DNA from: Euryarchaeota archaeon UBA136
GTDB lineage: Archaea > Thermoplasmatota > Poseidoniia > MGIII > CG-Epi1
NCBI GenBank assembly: GCA_002506485.1
Contig: DAXQ01000090.1
Span: 4,135 to 50,837, forward strand
Direction: 5' to 3'
DNA: 46,703 bases
Shown: piece by piece, positions 1-8,400 of the stretch
Position numbering within the stretch: the stretch's first letter is position 1
Layout of the letters: each line of letters opens with the position of its first letter
Program-made: the position numbers and the translations under genes
Notes under the pieces: model-generated
What the model was told of the DNA's origin: nothing
What the model saw: only the letters and a program-made list of their open reading frames with translations
Databases searched by the model: none

Positions 1-170
1 TCAATTTCAGAAAAATCCACCACAAATCCTGTTTTAGGATCAATATTCCCTTCAACATGAATCTCCAATTTGAATGCCAGCCCGTACAAATTGCTACAGG
101 GGTGTTCTTTTGGTACTTTGGTCAGTTTACGTGCAGATTCAAACCGAACTATTTGTACCAGACGATGCAT
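1..170 (-). CDS. QueD / 6-pyruvoyl-tetrahydropterin synthase (PTPS, COG0720)-like protein. Only the N-terminal 56 codons are in the window; the gene runs off the left edge.
   Basis: Not in the ORF track. Hand translation of the minus strand from ATG 170-168 gives MHRLVQIVRFESARKLTKVPKEHPCSNLYGLAFKLEIHVEGNIDPKTGFVVDFSEI. This aligns by eye with E. coli QueD FEAAHRL..PEGHKCGRLHGHSF.V.LEI.GEVDP.TGW.IDFAEL. The start codon abuts the stop of the upstream MBL gene (171-173). Confidence 0.55.
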   Translation of the reverse strand, partial: MHRLVQIVRFESARKLTKVPKEHPCSNLYGLAFKLEIHVEGNIDPKTGFVVDFSEI

Positions 171-956
171 CTAAAGATTGATTACGTCACCAGGTTCTGG
201 CATTATCCATCTTCTCTGTTTGTATTTTTTCAATACATCGTTTTTGTCTTTCCGTAAATTTCGGTTTACATGAATCAGGGCCATTTTCTTTGGTCTGGCC
301 ATGTCATCCAGCCTCTCTAATTGCTGCATTGAACAATGAGTCTTCGTTCCAATGGTTATAACCTCTTTTTTGAAGTTCCTGACAGTACCATCCATTGTAT
401 AGGCATCATGGACTAACAAATCTGCGTTAGTGTAAAGTTTAGATGCTGTTGGCGTAAACATACCGTCACCAGAATAACAGAACACCTTGGTAGGGCTTCC
501 AGCCTCCAATCTTAGACCTAGGTTCTGCACAGAATGCCTAGTGTTGACAACTCTCAGATTCCAATCATCCCATCGGTGTGATCGTTGTAATTCCCTGAAT
601 CTCAGGGTAAAAGGTAGTTTAGCTACCATTCCTTGGTAAGCCACCTCCATTAGTCTCTCTACACTTCTTTGAGTACCGACAGGTCCAAAAAGGTAGAAAG
701 GTCTGGTTCTTCCATCCTCTTCCATCCTCTTCATCAATGCAGGTAGACCGAAAACGTGATCTGCATGGAAATGAGATATGAAGATTCCATCCAAATAATC
801 TGGTCTCTGAGACTTATGCCAAACGGAAGGTGGAGCTGTGCCTCCACAATCTACCAGCATTCTTCTTCCAGCTGCCTCAACCAGCATACAGGTATGTGTA
901 TAGTCCTCGTCAAATCCTTCTCCGACACCCAAGAAAGTTATCTTCATTTTTGACAT
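171..956 (-). CDS. MBL-fold metallo-hydrolase, RNase Z/ElaC-like
   Basis: HxHxDH motif in IFISHFHADHVFGLPALM, which resembles RNase Z IFISHLHGDHLFGLPGLL. N-terminus MKITFLGVGEG is typical of the family. The true start may be the ATG at 947 (MKITFLG). Confidence 0.72.
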   Translation of the reverse strand: MSKMKITFLGVGEGFDEDYTHTCMLVEAAGRRMLVDCGGTAPPSVWHKSQRPDYLDGIFISHFHADHVFGLPALMKRMEEDGRTRPFYLFGPVGTQRSVERLMEVAYQGMVAKLPFTLRFRELQRSHRWDDWNLRVVNTRHSVQNLGLRLEAGSPTKVFCYSGDGMFTPTASKLYTNADLLVHDAYTMDGTVRNFKKEVITIGTKTHCSMQQLERLDDMARPKKMALIHVNRNLRKDKNDVLKKYKQRRWIMPEPGDVINL

Positions 957-1088
957 CCCATTCCAGTAAAGTCGGAAGTTGTGTTGATAGGCCGATTCAT
1001 CAAATCATTTTTTGTCATAATTTTTCACCTTTACAAAACTTGCAGAACCCAAAATCTGCACAAATTGTAGCTTCCGCAGACATGGCAA

Positions 1089-1098
1089 TTATATAAAA
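1089..1098 (-). promoter_or_regulatory. Candidate TATA box (minus strand TTTTATATAA) upstream of the MBL gene and its small upstream ORF
   Basis: AT-rich consensus-like TATA element in the 179-nt spacer between the KH gene stop and the MBL start. It would give an unusually long leader of about 110 nt. Confidence 0.3.
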
Positions 1099-1135
1099 CT
1101 AAGCAGTAACCTTTATCAAATAGGGGTTCACCCAG

Positions 1136-1657
1136 TCATCTTTTTCGCCTTCTGAAACCTTCTAGATATTTGTAAACCGAACCGTGTTCAGAACCACCCA
1201 GAACCATGGATACAGCTATTTTGGCAGACTCTAATCCATCCAGATCGGATATTATAGATACGGTGTGTCCTTGAATTGCCAGATCACATCCCGTCATATC
1301 CTCGATTATATGCCGTGTTTTCCCTTCTTTACCAATTAATCTCCCTCTTACAGTACCCAGTCTCTTTTTTGACCTTCCAACATAATCCCTGATATCGACA
1401 ACTTCTAGATAATAATCCATTTCCAGAAGTTGAAAGGCTTTCTCAGGATTGAAACCTCTACCAATGGCTCTGGCGGCATTTATTACCTGTAGGCTTTTCA
1501 ATGCATCATTTTCATTCGGCGAAGATATCTCAACCACGCCTTCTCCCGAATCAATATTCAGAACACAACCGCTGAGTTCTTCCAGTTTTCTTTTTGTCTT
1601 ACCCTTGGGTCCGATTACGGCTCCCATTCTGGAAAGAGGAACTCTGATAAACTTCAT
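1136..1657 (-). CDS. KH-domain RNA-binding protein (archaeal Dim2/Pno1-like)
   Basis: Two KH-like GxxG segments (GAVIGPKGKTKRKLE and GRLIGKEGKTRHIIE). The start overlaps the Rio1 stop as TAATG. Position downstream of rio1/aIF-1A matches the conserved archaeal cluster. Confidence 0.8.
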   Translation of the reverse strand: MKFIRVPLSRMGAVIGPKGKTKRKLEELSGCVLNIDSGEGVVEISSPNENDALKSLQVINAARAIGRGFNPEKAFQLLEMDYYLEVVDIRDYVGRSKKRLGTVRGRLIGKEGKTRHIIEDMTGCDLAIQGHTVSIISDLDGLESAKIAVSMVLGGSEHGSVYKYLEGFRRRKR

Positions 1658-2397
1658 TAATCAAATACCTCTTTTTCTAATTCCCTAATCTGTTTTTTCC
1701 AATAACGATACATGTTTTTCATGTCCCTTTTATGTAATTCGTCATACATTGGATGTCCTTTTGGAACAGCCTGTCCGACATCAATAATATATGGTTTTTC
1801 TCTGACATTCAGTATGTTATATTCACTCAGATCACCATGACTTAAATTTTTGGAACGGTAGGCCTTGATGGATTCAATCAATTGATCCAGAAAATCCATT
1901 GGGTCTTGTGGCGGCAATTCCCTTACAGGAGGATAAGGCCGATATCGCCACCCCATATATTGCATTACAACTATGTTCTTGTAAACATGAAAGGGTTGCG
2001 GTACTTCCGCACCGGCGGCTTTCATAGCATACAGGTTCTTGTATTCTTTCTGAGCCCATGTGAACACCCTATCGCGAGGGCTATTGCCGATGTTTCTGAA
2101 TCGGGGATCTCCTTCAATATACGGGTTGAGTTTACGAAAGGTGGCAGTGTTCAAACGATATATCTTTACGGCTCTGTTCCTGCCATCAAAGGTTTTTGCC
2201 CGGAATAGGTTAGCCTCTTTCCCCGTAGCAATCATATTCTCGATTGTACCAAAAACACCACGGTTGAATAACTGCTGGATGTTTCTTAAGGTAGTTTCAT
2301 CAAAGACATCGTCTACTGTTTTTTGCCATTCCTTGCCCCTATTCGATTTCTTTAGTTTGCTTAGAGCCCAATCGATGTCTTGAATCTTATTTTGCAT
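1657..2397 (-). CDS. rio1: RIO-type serine/threonine protein kinase (Rio1-like, 246 aa)
   Basis: RIO signature ATGKEANLFRA, catalytic HGDLSEYNIL and metal-binding IIDVGQAV. Length fits Rio1, with no N-terminal wHTH as in Rio2. Confidence 0.9.
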   Translation of the reverse strand: MQNKIQDIDWALSKLKKSNRGKEWQKTVDDVFDETTLRNIQQLFNRGVFGTIENMIATGKEANLFRAKTFDGRNRAVKIYRLNTATFRKLNPYIEGDPRFRNIGNSPRDRVFTWAQKEYKNLYAMKAAGAEVPQPFHVYKNIVVMQYMGWRYRPYPPVRELPPQDPMDFLDQLIESIKAYRSKNLSHGDLSEYNILNVREKPYIIDVGQAVPKGHPMYDELHKRDMKNMYRYWKKQIRELEKEVFD

Positions 2398-2399
2398 TA

Positions 2400-2879
2400 T
2401 CAGTAAATATCTAGTATCTCAGGTATCTTACCCCGGCGTTTTAAATTGGCAGTTTGGGTTGGAGTATATCGAAATTTAACATCAGCTTTGCTGTCTTGGA
2501 AAGACCAGGGTACCACGATTAACAGATCGTTCTCCCTTACCCACATTCTTCTTCTCAGTTTTCCAGGAATTCGGCCCATTCGGCGTATTCCATCTTCACA
2601 AATAACCTGGAGTCTTGACCCACCTTGAAAGGTCTCTGCTACAGCGAACATTTCTCCTTTTGGTTTGTATGGTAGACTGACTCTCAGAGTCACTTCTCCC
2701 ACATTACCCTGTTTCTTTTTGGGTTTTACTTTTTTAGCATTGGGTTTTACTTCTTCAGCCTTGGGTTTTACTTCTTCAGCCTTTTCTTTAGTTTCAGATT
2801 CTTCAGCCGATTTTTTCTGAATATCTGGCGATTGTTCATCTTCAGAAGAAGTCACAACGGCGTTCAAATGAGTTCCCAT
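2400..2879 (-). CDS. eif1a: Translation initiation factor aIF-1A with a Lys/Glu-rich N-terminal extension of about 65 aa
   Basis: The C-terminal 100 aa match the aIF-1A OB fold (GEMFAVAE..GGSRLQVICEDGIRRMGRIPGKLRRRMWVRENDLLIVVPW...VKFRYT). The track start 2951 overlaps the divergent gcvT start by 22 nt, so ATG 2879 (M25) is preferred. The start remains uncertain; ATG 2918 is also possible. Confidence 0.85.
   Translation of the reverse strand: MGTHLNAVVTSSEDEQSPDIQKKSAEESETKEKAEEVKPKAEEVKPNAKKVKPKKKQGNVGEVTLRVSLPYKPKGEMFAVAETFQGGSRLQVICEDGIRRMGRIPGKLRRRMWVRENDLLIVVPWSFQDSKADVKFRYTPTQTANLKRRGKIPEILDIY
2719..2781. repeat. 21-bp tandem repeat, 3 copies (2 perfect, 1 diverged), inside the aIF-1A N-terminal extension
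   Basis: Plus-strand ttgggttttacttcttcagcc at 2740-2760 and 2761-2781; diverged copy ttgggttttacttttttagca at 2719-2739. It encodes KAEEVKP/KAEEVKP/NAKKVKP. Confidence 0.9.
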
Positions 2880-2929
2880 ATAAGATTGCCGCCCGAGAGC
2901 TTTAGGACACCTCTCCATCTTAAGTTCTA

Positions 2930-3964
2930 GTGGGTAACAACCAAACACCATTGTTCAAGCACCATTTGCAACTCGGGGCCAAGATGGCTGATTTTGCTGG
3001 TTGGGAAATGCCTATACTGTATAATGGAATCATTGCTGAGCATAAGGCAGTGAGAGAACGTGTCGGCATCTTTGACGTGTCCCACATGGGCCAGATATTT
3101 ATCACTGGACCCGACACAGTGGCATTTCTTTCATACGTTACAACTTGGGATATGAAACGTCAGAAAGATAGTGATTGTAGATACTGCCATATTCTGGACA
3201 ATGATGGAAGAATAATTGATGATATTATAGCCTATACCTTCACGTCAGAAGAATATATGGTCATACCCAATGCAGCAACGATTGACACAATCCTCTCATG
3301 GTTGCTTGAAAATTCTGGAGACTTTGATGTCCATATCAAGAACTTATCTAATGACTACTTTTGTATAGCTCTGCAGGGGCCGGAAGCACCTAGGTTGTTA
3401 GGTCAACATCTTAACACCTCAGTCAAGCCATTTCGATTGGCAAGAGAGAGAAATACGATTGTTAGTGGTACCGGCTATACTGGAGAGGAAGGATGTGAAA
3501 TAATCGGACCATCTGAAGAGGTGAAAGGACATTGGGAGTCCTTGGTCGACATGGGAGCCGAACCGGTAGGTCTGGGCGCTAGAGACACACTGCGTCTAGA
3601 GAAAGGATATTTATTATCTGGTCAAGATTTTGATGGAACTCAAACAACTTTGGAAACCAATTATTCATGGGTTATAGACTGGGATCACGAGTTTATTGGG
3701 AAGCCGGCCTTGATTTCCCAAAAAAACAGAACTTACGCTAAATTGAAGGGAATAATGCTTGATGAGCGCGGTGTCTTGAGACCCGGTCTTCCAGTCTTTT
3801 ACAATGGTAACGAGATATCCAGTTTGACGAGCGGTTCCATGTCCCCCACAATCCGGAAAGGAATAGGGTTGGCCTATCTTAACCTTCCGATTAATTCAAG
3901 GGTAACCGTAGAGGTACGCGGTAATCACTTAAATGGTCACGTAGTGCGGCTGCCATTCTTATGA
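2930..3964 (+). CDS. gcvT: Glycine cleavage system aminomethyltransferase (T protein)
   Basis: N-terminus TPLFKHHLQLGAKMADFAGWEMPILY and FDVSHMG are GcvT hallmarks. GTG start at 2930 follows an in-frame stop at 2921. ATGA overlap with gcvH. Confidence 0.9.
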   Translation: MGNNQTPLFKHHLQLGAKMADFAGWEMPILYNGIIAEHKAVRERVGIFDVSHMGQIFITGPDTVAFLSYVTTWDMKRQKDSDCRYCHILDNDGRIIDDIIAYTFTSEEYMVIPNAATIDTILSWLLENSGDFDVHIKNLSNDYFCIALQGPEAPRLLGQHLNTSVKPFRLARERNTIVSGTGYTGEEGCEIIGPSEEVKGHWESLVDMGAEPVGLGARDTLRLEKGYLLSGQDFDGTQTTLETNYSWVIDWDHEFIGKPALISQKNRTYAKLKGIMLDERGVLRPGLPVFYNGNEISSLTSGSMSPTIRKGIGLAYLNLPINSRVTVEVRGNHLNGHVVRLPFL

Positions 3965-4341
3965 GCTTAGTTCCAGATAACCTGAATTATACCGAGGAGC
4001 ATGAGTGGCTCAAATTTGGGAAAAAAGACGGTCTAGCAAGAGTTGGGATTACAGATTATGCTCAGGATTCATTGTCTGATGTTGTGTTTGTTGAATTACC
4101 AGAAGTTGGAGACCAATTTACCAGGGGTGATATTATGGCGGTCGCTGAATCCGTTAAAGCTGCCAGTGACATCTATGCCCCTATCTCAGGAAAAATAGTA
4201 TCAATTAATGAAAAGTTGGAGGAGTCTCCGGAATTGGTAAATGAATCACCTTATGAATTCGGCTGGATGGTTTTAATTGAACCTGAAGGCGAAGTCAATG
4301 GTTTACTGGATGCCGCATCTTATAGAGAATCAATAGATTGA
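3961..4341 (+). CDS. gcvH: Glycine cleavage system H protein (lipoyl carrier)
   Basis: YTEEHEWL..., ITDYAQDSLSDVVFVELPEVG, and lipoyl-lysine motif ESVKAASD (Lys codon 4156-4158). 126 aa. Confidence 0.92.
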   Translation: MSLVPDNLNYTEEHEWLKFGKKDGLARVGITDYAQDSLSDVVFVELPEVGDQFTRGDIMAVAESVKAASDIYAPISGKIVSINEKLEESPELVNESPYEFGWMVLIEPEGEVNGLLDAASYRESID

Positions 4342-5333
4342 TCAAGCATCTGAAAGTTCCAGATAGTGAAGCTCAGGAATCCAAGGAATTCTTGGAATCC
4401 ATTGATGCCTTGAACAGCGATTTCTTGCCAATAAAAAAAGAGGGCTTTGTGCTATGGCCGCTTAATTTTGCGGTTGAAGGAGAGATAGTTGAATGCCAAG
4501 GTTTAGTCACTAACCGTTCTTCAAGAGATTACAGAAACAGATTGTCCCCTGAGATCAGGAAGCTTGCACCCAGGGCTTTTGATATATTCGGAGATATAGC
4601 GATTATACGTTTACCTGATGAACTAAGTGAATCTTCGGATCCTATTGCTCAGGCCCTTCTGGATAGCAATCCGAATATCTCCAAGGTCGCTCTGGACTTG
4701 GGGGTTGGAGGTCAGTATAGGCTTCGAAAACTGGAGTTGATTGGTGGTGAACCTGGTTTTGTTTCAGTTCACAAGGAGAACGGCCTGACGTTCAAATTGG
4801 ATATATCTAAGGTCTATTTCTCTCCACGATTAGCTATGGAAAGGCAGCGTATCTCCAAATTGGTTGATTCCGGTGAAAAAATATTGGATGCCTTTGCGGG
4901 AGCAGCACCGTTCTCAGTGACTCTGGCCAGAAGAGGGTGCAGGGTTACGGCAGTCGACGCCAATCCAGAATCCGAGAAGTGGGCACATGACAATTTTCAT
5001 CTTAATCATATCCCTGTATCAGATTACGATTTCATTTGCTCCAGGATAGAGGACACAGTAGCTGATCTGGACAAATACGATAGAATAATAATGAATAACC
5101 CTACCAAATCACTTTCTTATGTTAATCTCCTAAGTCCTTTGGTGAGGTCTGGAGGTTATATTCATCTCTACTGTATGGCCCCCAAAGATGGCAGTCTGGA
5201 TGTCATGGAGAATTTTGGTTCAGAGTTTGAATGTACGAGAACACGGGAGGTCCATCCATACTCACCATCTACTTCTCTCATGGTTTTTGATATAAAGAAA
5301 GTGATTTCCAATGTCCAAAGCGGAAACCAGTAA
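4338..5333 (+). CDS. Class I SAM-dependent tRNA methyltransferase, Trm5/Taw2 (TYW2) family
   Basis: YFSPRLAMERQRI motif, SAM-binding LDAFAGAAPFS, and the NNPT catalytic-loop position. TTG start overlaps the gcvH stop; no internal ATG is available near the N-terminus. Confidence 0.68.
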   Translation: MIKHLKVPDSEAQESKEFLESIDALNSDFLPIKKEGFVLWPLNFAVEGEIVECQGLVTNRSSRDYRNRLSPEIRKLAPRAFDIFGDIAIIRLPDELSESSDPIAQALLDSNPNISKVALDLGVGGQYRLRKLELIGGEPGFVSVHKENGLTFKLDISKVYFSPRLAMERQRISKLVDSGEKILDAFAGAAPFSVTLARRGCRVTAVDANPESEKWAHDNFHLNHIPVSDYDFICSRIEDTVADLDKYDRIIMNNPTKSLSYVNLLSPLVRSGGYIHLYCMAPKDGSLDVMENFGSEFECTRTREVHPYSPSTSLMVFDIKKVISNVQSGNQ

Positions 5334-5362
5334 GTTTTTATATGAGTTATTGGAAAACGGGA

Positions 5363-5374
5363 TTTATTTTATTA
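5363..5374 (+). promoter_or_regulatory. Candidate TATA box for the giant surface-protein gene, with a Shine-Dalgarno-like AAGGTG at 5437-5442
   Basis: tttattttatta preceded by gggA. AAGGTG lies 7 nt upstream of ATG 5450 and is complementary to the usual archaeal 16S 3' end. Confidence 0.35.
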
Positions 5375-5449
5375 AGGCCTTGTCAATGACGGTAGACTGT
5401 TTCTATTTCGATAGTACGGTATTAGGACAAAACGAGAAGGTGTGCAAAA

Positions 5450-8400
5450 ATGAATGCAAACGTATCAAAGTCAGACTCCCTATACGGGAAAATGACAGCA
5501 ATCTTTGTTGTAGCCCTGTTGGCTTTCAGTGGTTTTTCACTGTTGGCATCAGCAGGCTCCAATGATGAGCAAGAGAGCGAGATCACTTCGGGTATTACCC
5601 TTGGTGAAGCTTTAGTTTCCGACAATGGTGTAGAGGCTTTAAGTGAGCTAAATATGGCCTACCCAGGTCAGGAAATACCCATAGCATCGACTATGGCAGA
5701 TGGTGCTTTCGCACCAGCTAAACAAGACTCTGGCGACGCCAAGGTCTTATTGGTCGATGATGACGGAGAAAATTGGATGTCCGGACCATGGCTTGAAGCA
5801 TCCCACATCGCGACCGCCTTGAATGATGGTGGTTATTCATACGATGTTTACCGCGTCGGAAGATGGGGCGGGACCAACAAGGAGCTTCCAAGTGGGGACA
5901 CCGGTCTTTCAATGGTTGATGATTATGAAGTGATTATCTGGTATTCCGGATGGAATACCCAGATTATGTCCAGCTCTGAGCTGGCGGTCTTACAAAACTA
6001 TCTCGATGGGAACTGTGGTGGTGGAGACAGTTTCTGTACAAGCAACAGAAACATGTTTGTTTCGACCCAGATGAGTGACTGGTTTGATTCATGTTGTGGA
6101 AGTTTCCAGAACAATTACATGCATTCGGATACAACCTATTCCTCATACATTGTTGTAGGTGGGACTTCGAACCCAATGAAGGGCGTATCTGGTTCTATTT
6201 TTGAGGGTAAGGAATATTCAACGGATACCGGCGGTGTACACTATCTGGACAGGCCCTGTGGAAACAAGGCTAACGATAATACAGCCACTGGTGCTTTCTG
6301 GATGGACGCTCGTAAGGGTTCAGCTGATGGTTTTGACAAACATGCAGTTCAGTTTCCAGTAGACGGCTATATAGGTCCACAGACCCACAAGGCATTCATG
6401 TTTGCTGATGAGATTGGCGTGTTCGACAAGAGATCGGACAGGGCTGATTTCTTTGCAACCGTCCTTTCGTGGATGGAAGTAACAAAGGAGCAGACCCAGA
6501 ACGTGGATATTGGAATTGGGGGAGTAGATATACCAAACCATGTCCAATACTGGAGATCCGTGGAATCTATGGTTCCAGTCGATCTTAGAATAACGGTTAC
6601 CAATTATGGTATGCTACCGCAGGCCAGTACTGCAGTTCACCTTAAGTTGAAGAACGAGTTTGGTCAGGTTCTGTTTGATAGTACCTTTGACACAAGGGCT
6701 TTCCCTGAAGGTCATCCAATGCACGTCTCGGATTCAATTCAAAGTGGTGACAGTGTAGTCTTTACTTTCAACAAGGAGAATGACCGCTTGCAGCGTATAT
6801 ATGATGGTGTTGATGAGAACAAAGCCCGTCATGTTATTTTCACAAGTGCGGGAATGGATAGAATAGCAGTGGAAGTTATGCACACTGGAGACCAGGGGGC
6901 AGCCAACAACTATGTCCAAGCAGATGTAGGTGTAGGTATGTGGATTGAGAATGGTGAGCAACCTGAGGACGAAATTGGTCCATCAATCACATTTGGTGAC
7001 AGTGATGTTAATGGAGCAAACAGTCTCGATCACATCAACTTCCATCGAATATCTAGTTATGATACAGACGCAGATGGCTGCGGCTGGGCAGTAGATGCTG
7101 ATACTTGTCTTGCGGACGGAGGTTCACTGAACAAGACCGTCGGTACGGTCTATCACGAAGGTAAGTCTTCATTGGGAATGTCCAACAAGAATGGTTGGTA
7201 CAAGAGCAACAGCGATGGAAGCTGTACCTGGGGTAGTAATTCACTATCAGATACTGGATGTCCAAAGTTCACAATGGAACCCAATCAGGATGACTGGTTT
7301 GTTTCCCCACCTCTTGACCTGAGTGCTATGGAAGAGGTTGTAGTTGGTATGCTTTTCAGTGGATGTATGGAGTCTGGTGACATGTTTGTTATGCAGATCT
7401 CCAAGGATGGGGTCTCATGGACCAACTTGATTACTTACTCTGGATTCTGTCCAGGTGAGGGTGCATGGTATCTTTGGGGTGGTTCTAATGCCAAATACCA
7501 AGGATATACGCTCACAGCTGACTGGTTTGGTTCTGATGATACTTCTCAAGTTTACTGGAGAGTTATGGCAGACGCTGATAATGACCAGGTCACAGAAAAC
7601 ACCCAACGACCATTCAATGGTTGGTGGATAGATGAGATTGTTTTCCGTGGAACAGAAAGGATAACTCGTGATGTTGCCGTTGGTGATGTTACTGTCGATA
7701 ATGACTTTATCGTCAAGAACAATGGCGGTAACAGTCTATGGAGAGAGATCAACGCTACGGTCATAAATGCTGGTGAAGCAGCATGGACAGATTTACCCGT
7801 CAAGTTCTCTGTAACTAATTTGCAGGGTGAGGACGAGTCTGGAAACTTGGATGAGACCGAGCCCACGATTGCAAACCTTGCTGGAGACTCACGCTATGGT
7901 GATGTTACACCTGGAGAAGGTAATGAGGACCAGACAGAGTTGTTCGCAGTATTCCAGTGCATGGGTGCCAATACATATTACGCTACGGTGGAGGTGTTAG
8001 TGCCGGCTGGTAAGGACTACTTCCCGTGGAATAATTCCATGACGGTGTCATTCCGTGTGTTTGATACTTTCTTCTTCGATGACATAGATAGTGATAGGGA
8101 TCCTTATTCCTATACTACTGTGGACAGGCTGTCTACTACCCAGAATAGTTGGGTGGAACGAGACATAGATAATGATGCCTATTCAGGGCAGTATGTCTGG
8201 CAATATGCTAAGGAAAGTGGATATAGTCAATCCAATCCGAGCACAGGTGGTGGTTCTGACGATAGTCTGATTACCCAGGATACCTTTGATCGTGACGGAA
8301 ATGGTGACAGATTCCAGACTGATGTCAATGTAGACCTCAGAGCTGCTTTCAAACCAATTCTATCATTTGCTATCAAATGGAACTTGGCATCAGGAGACAG

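Noticed and set aside
2700-2830. Short direct repeats that might suggest a CRISPR-like or minisatellite locus
   Set aside because: The 21-bp units are contiguous with no spacers, in frame, and inside the aIF-1A ORF. They are a coding tandem repeat, not a CRISPR array.
5311-5565. 84-aa plus-strand ORF overlapping the end of the Trm5-like gene and the start of the giant ORF
   Set aside because: It is out of frame with both flanking genes, each of which has strong support. It runs through the promoter and SD region of the giant gene.
7552-7866. 104-aa minus-strand ORF, and many 60-80-aa ORFs, antisense within the giant surface gene
   Set aside because: They are scattered, non-overlapping shadow ORFs with no motifs. 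This is expected by chance in a 5.3-kb gene.
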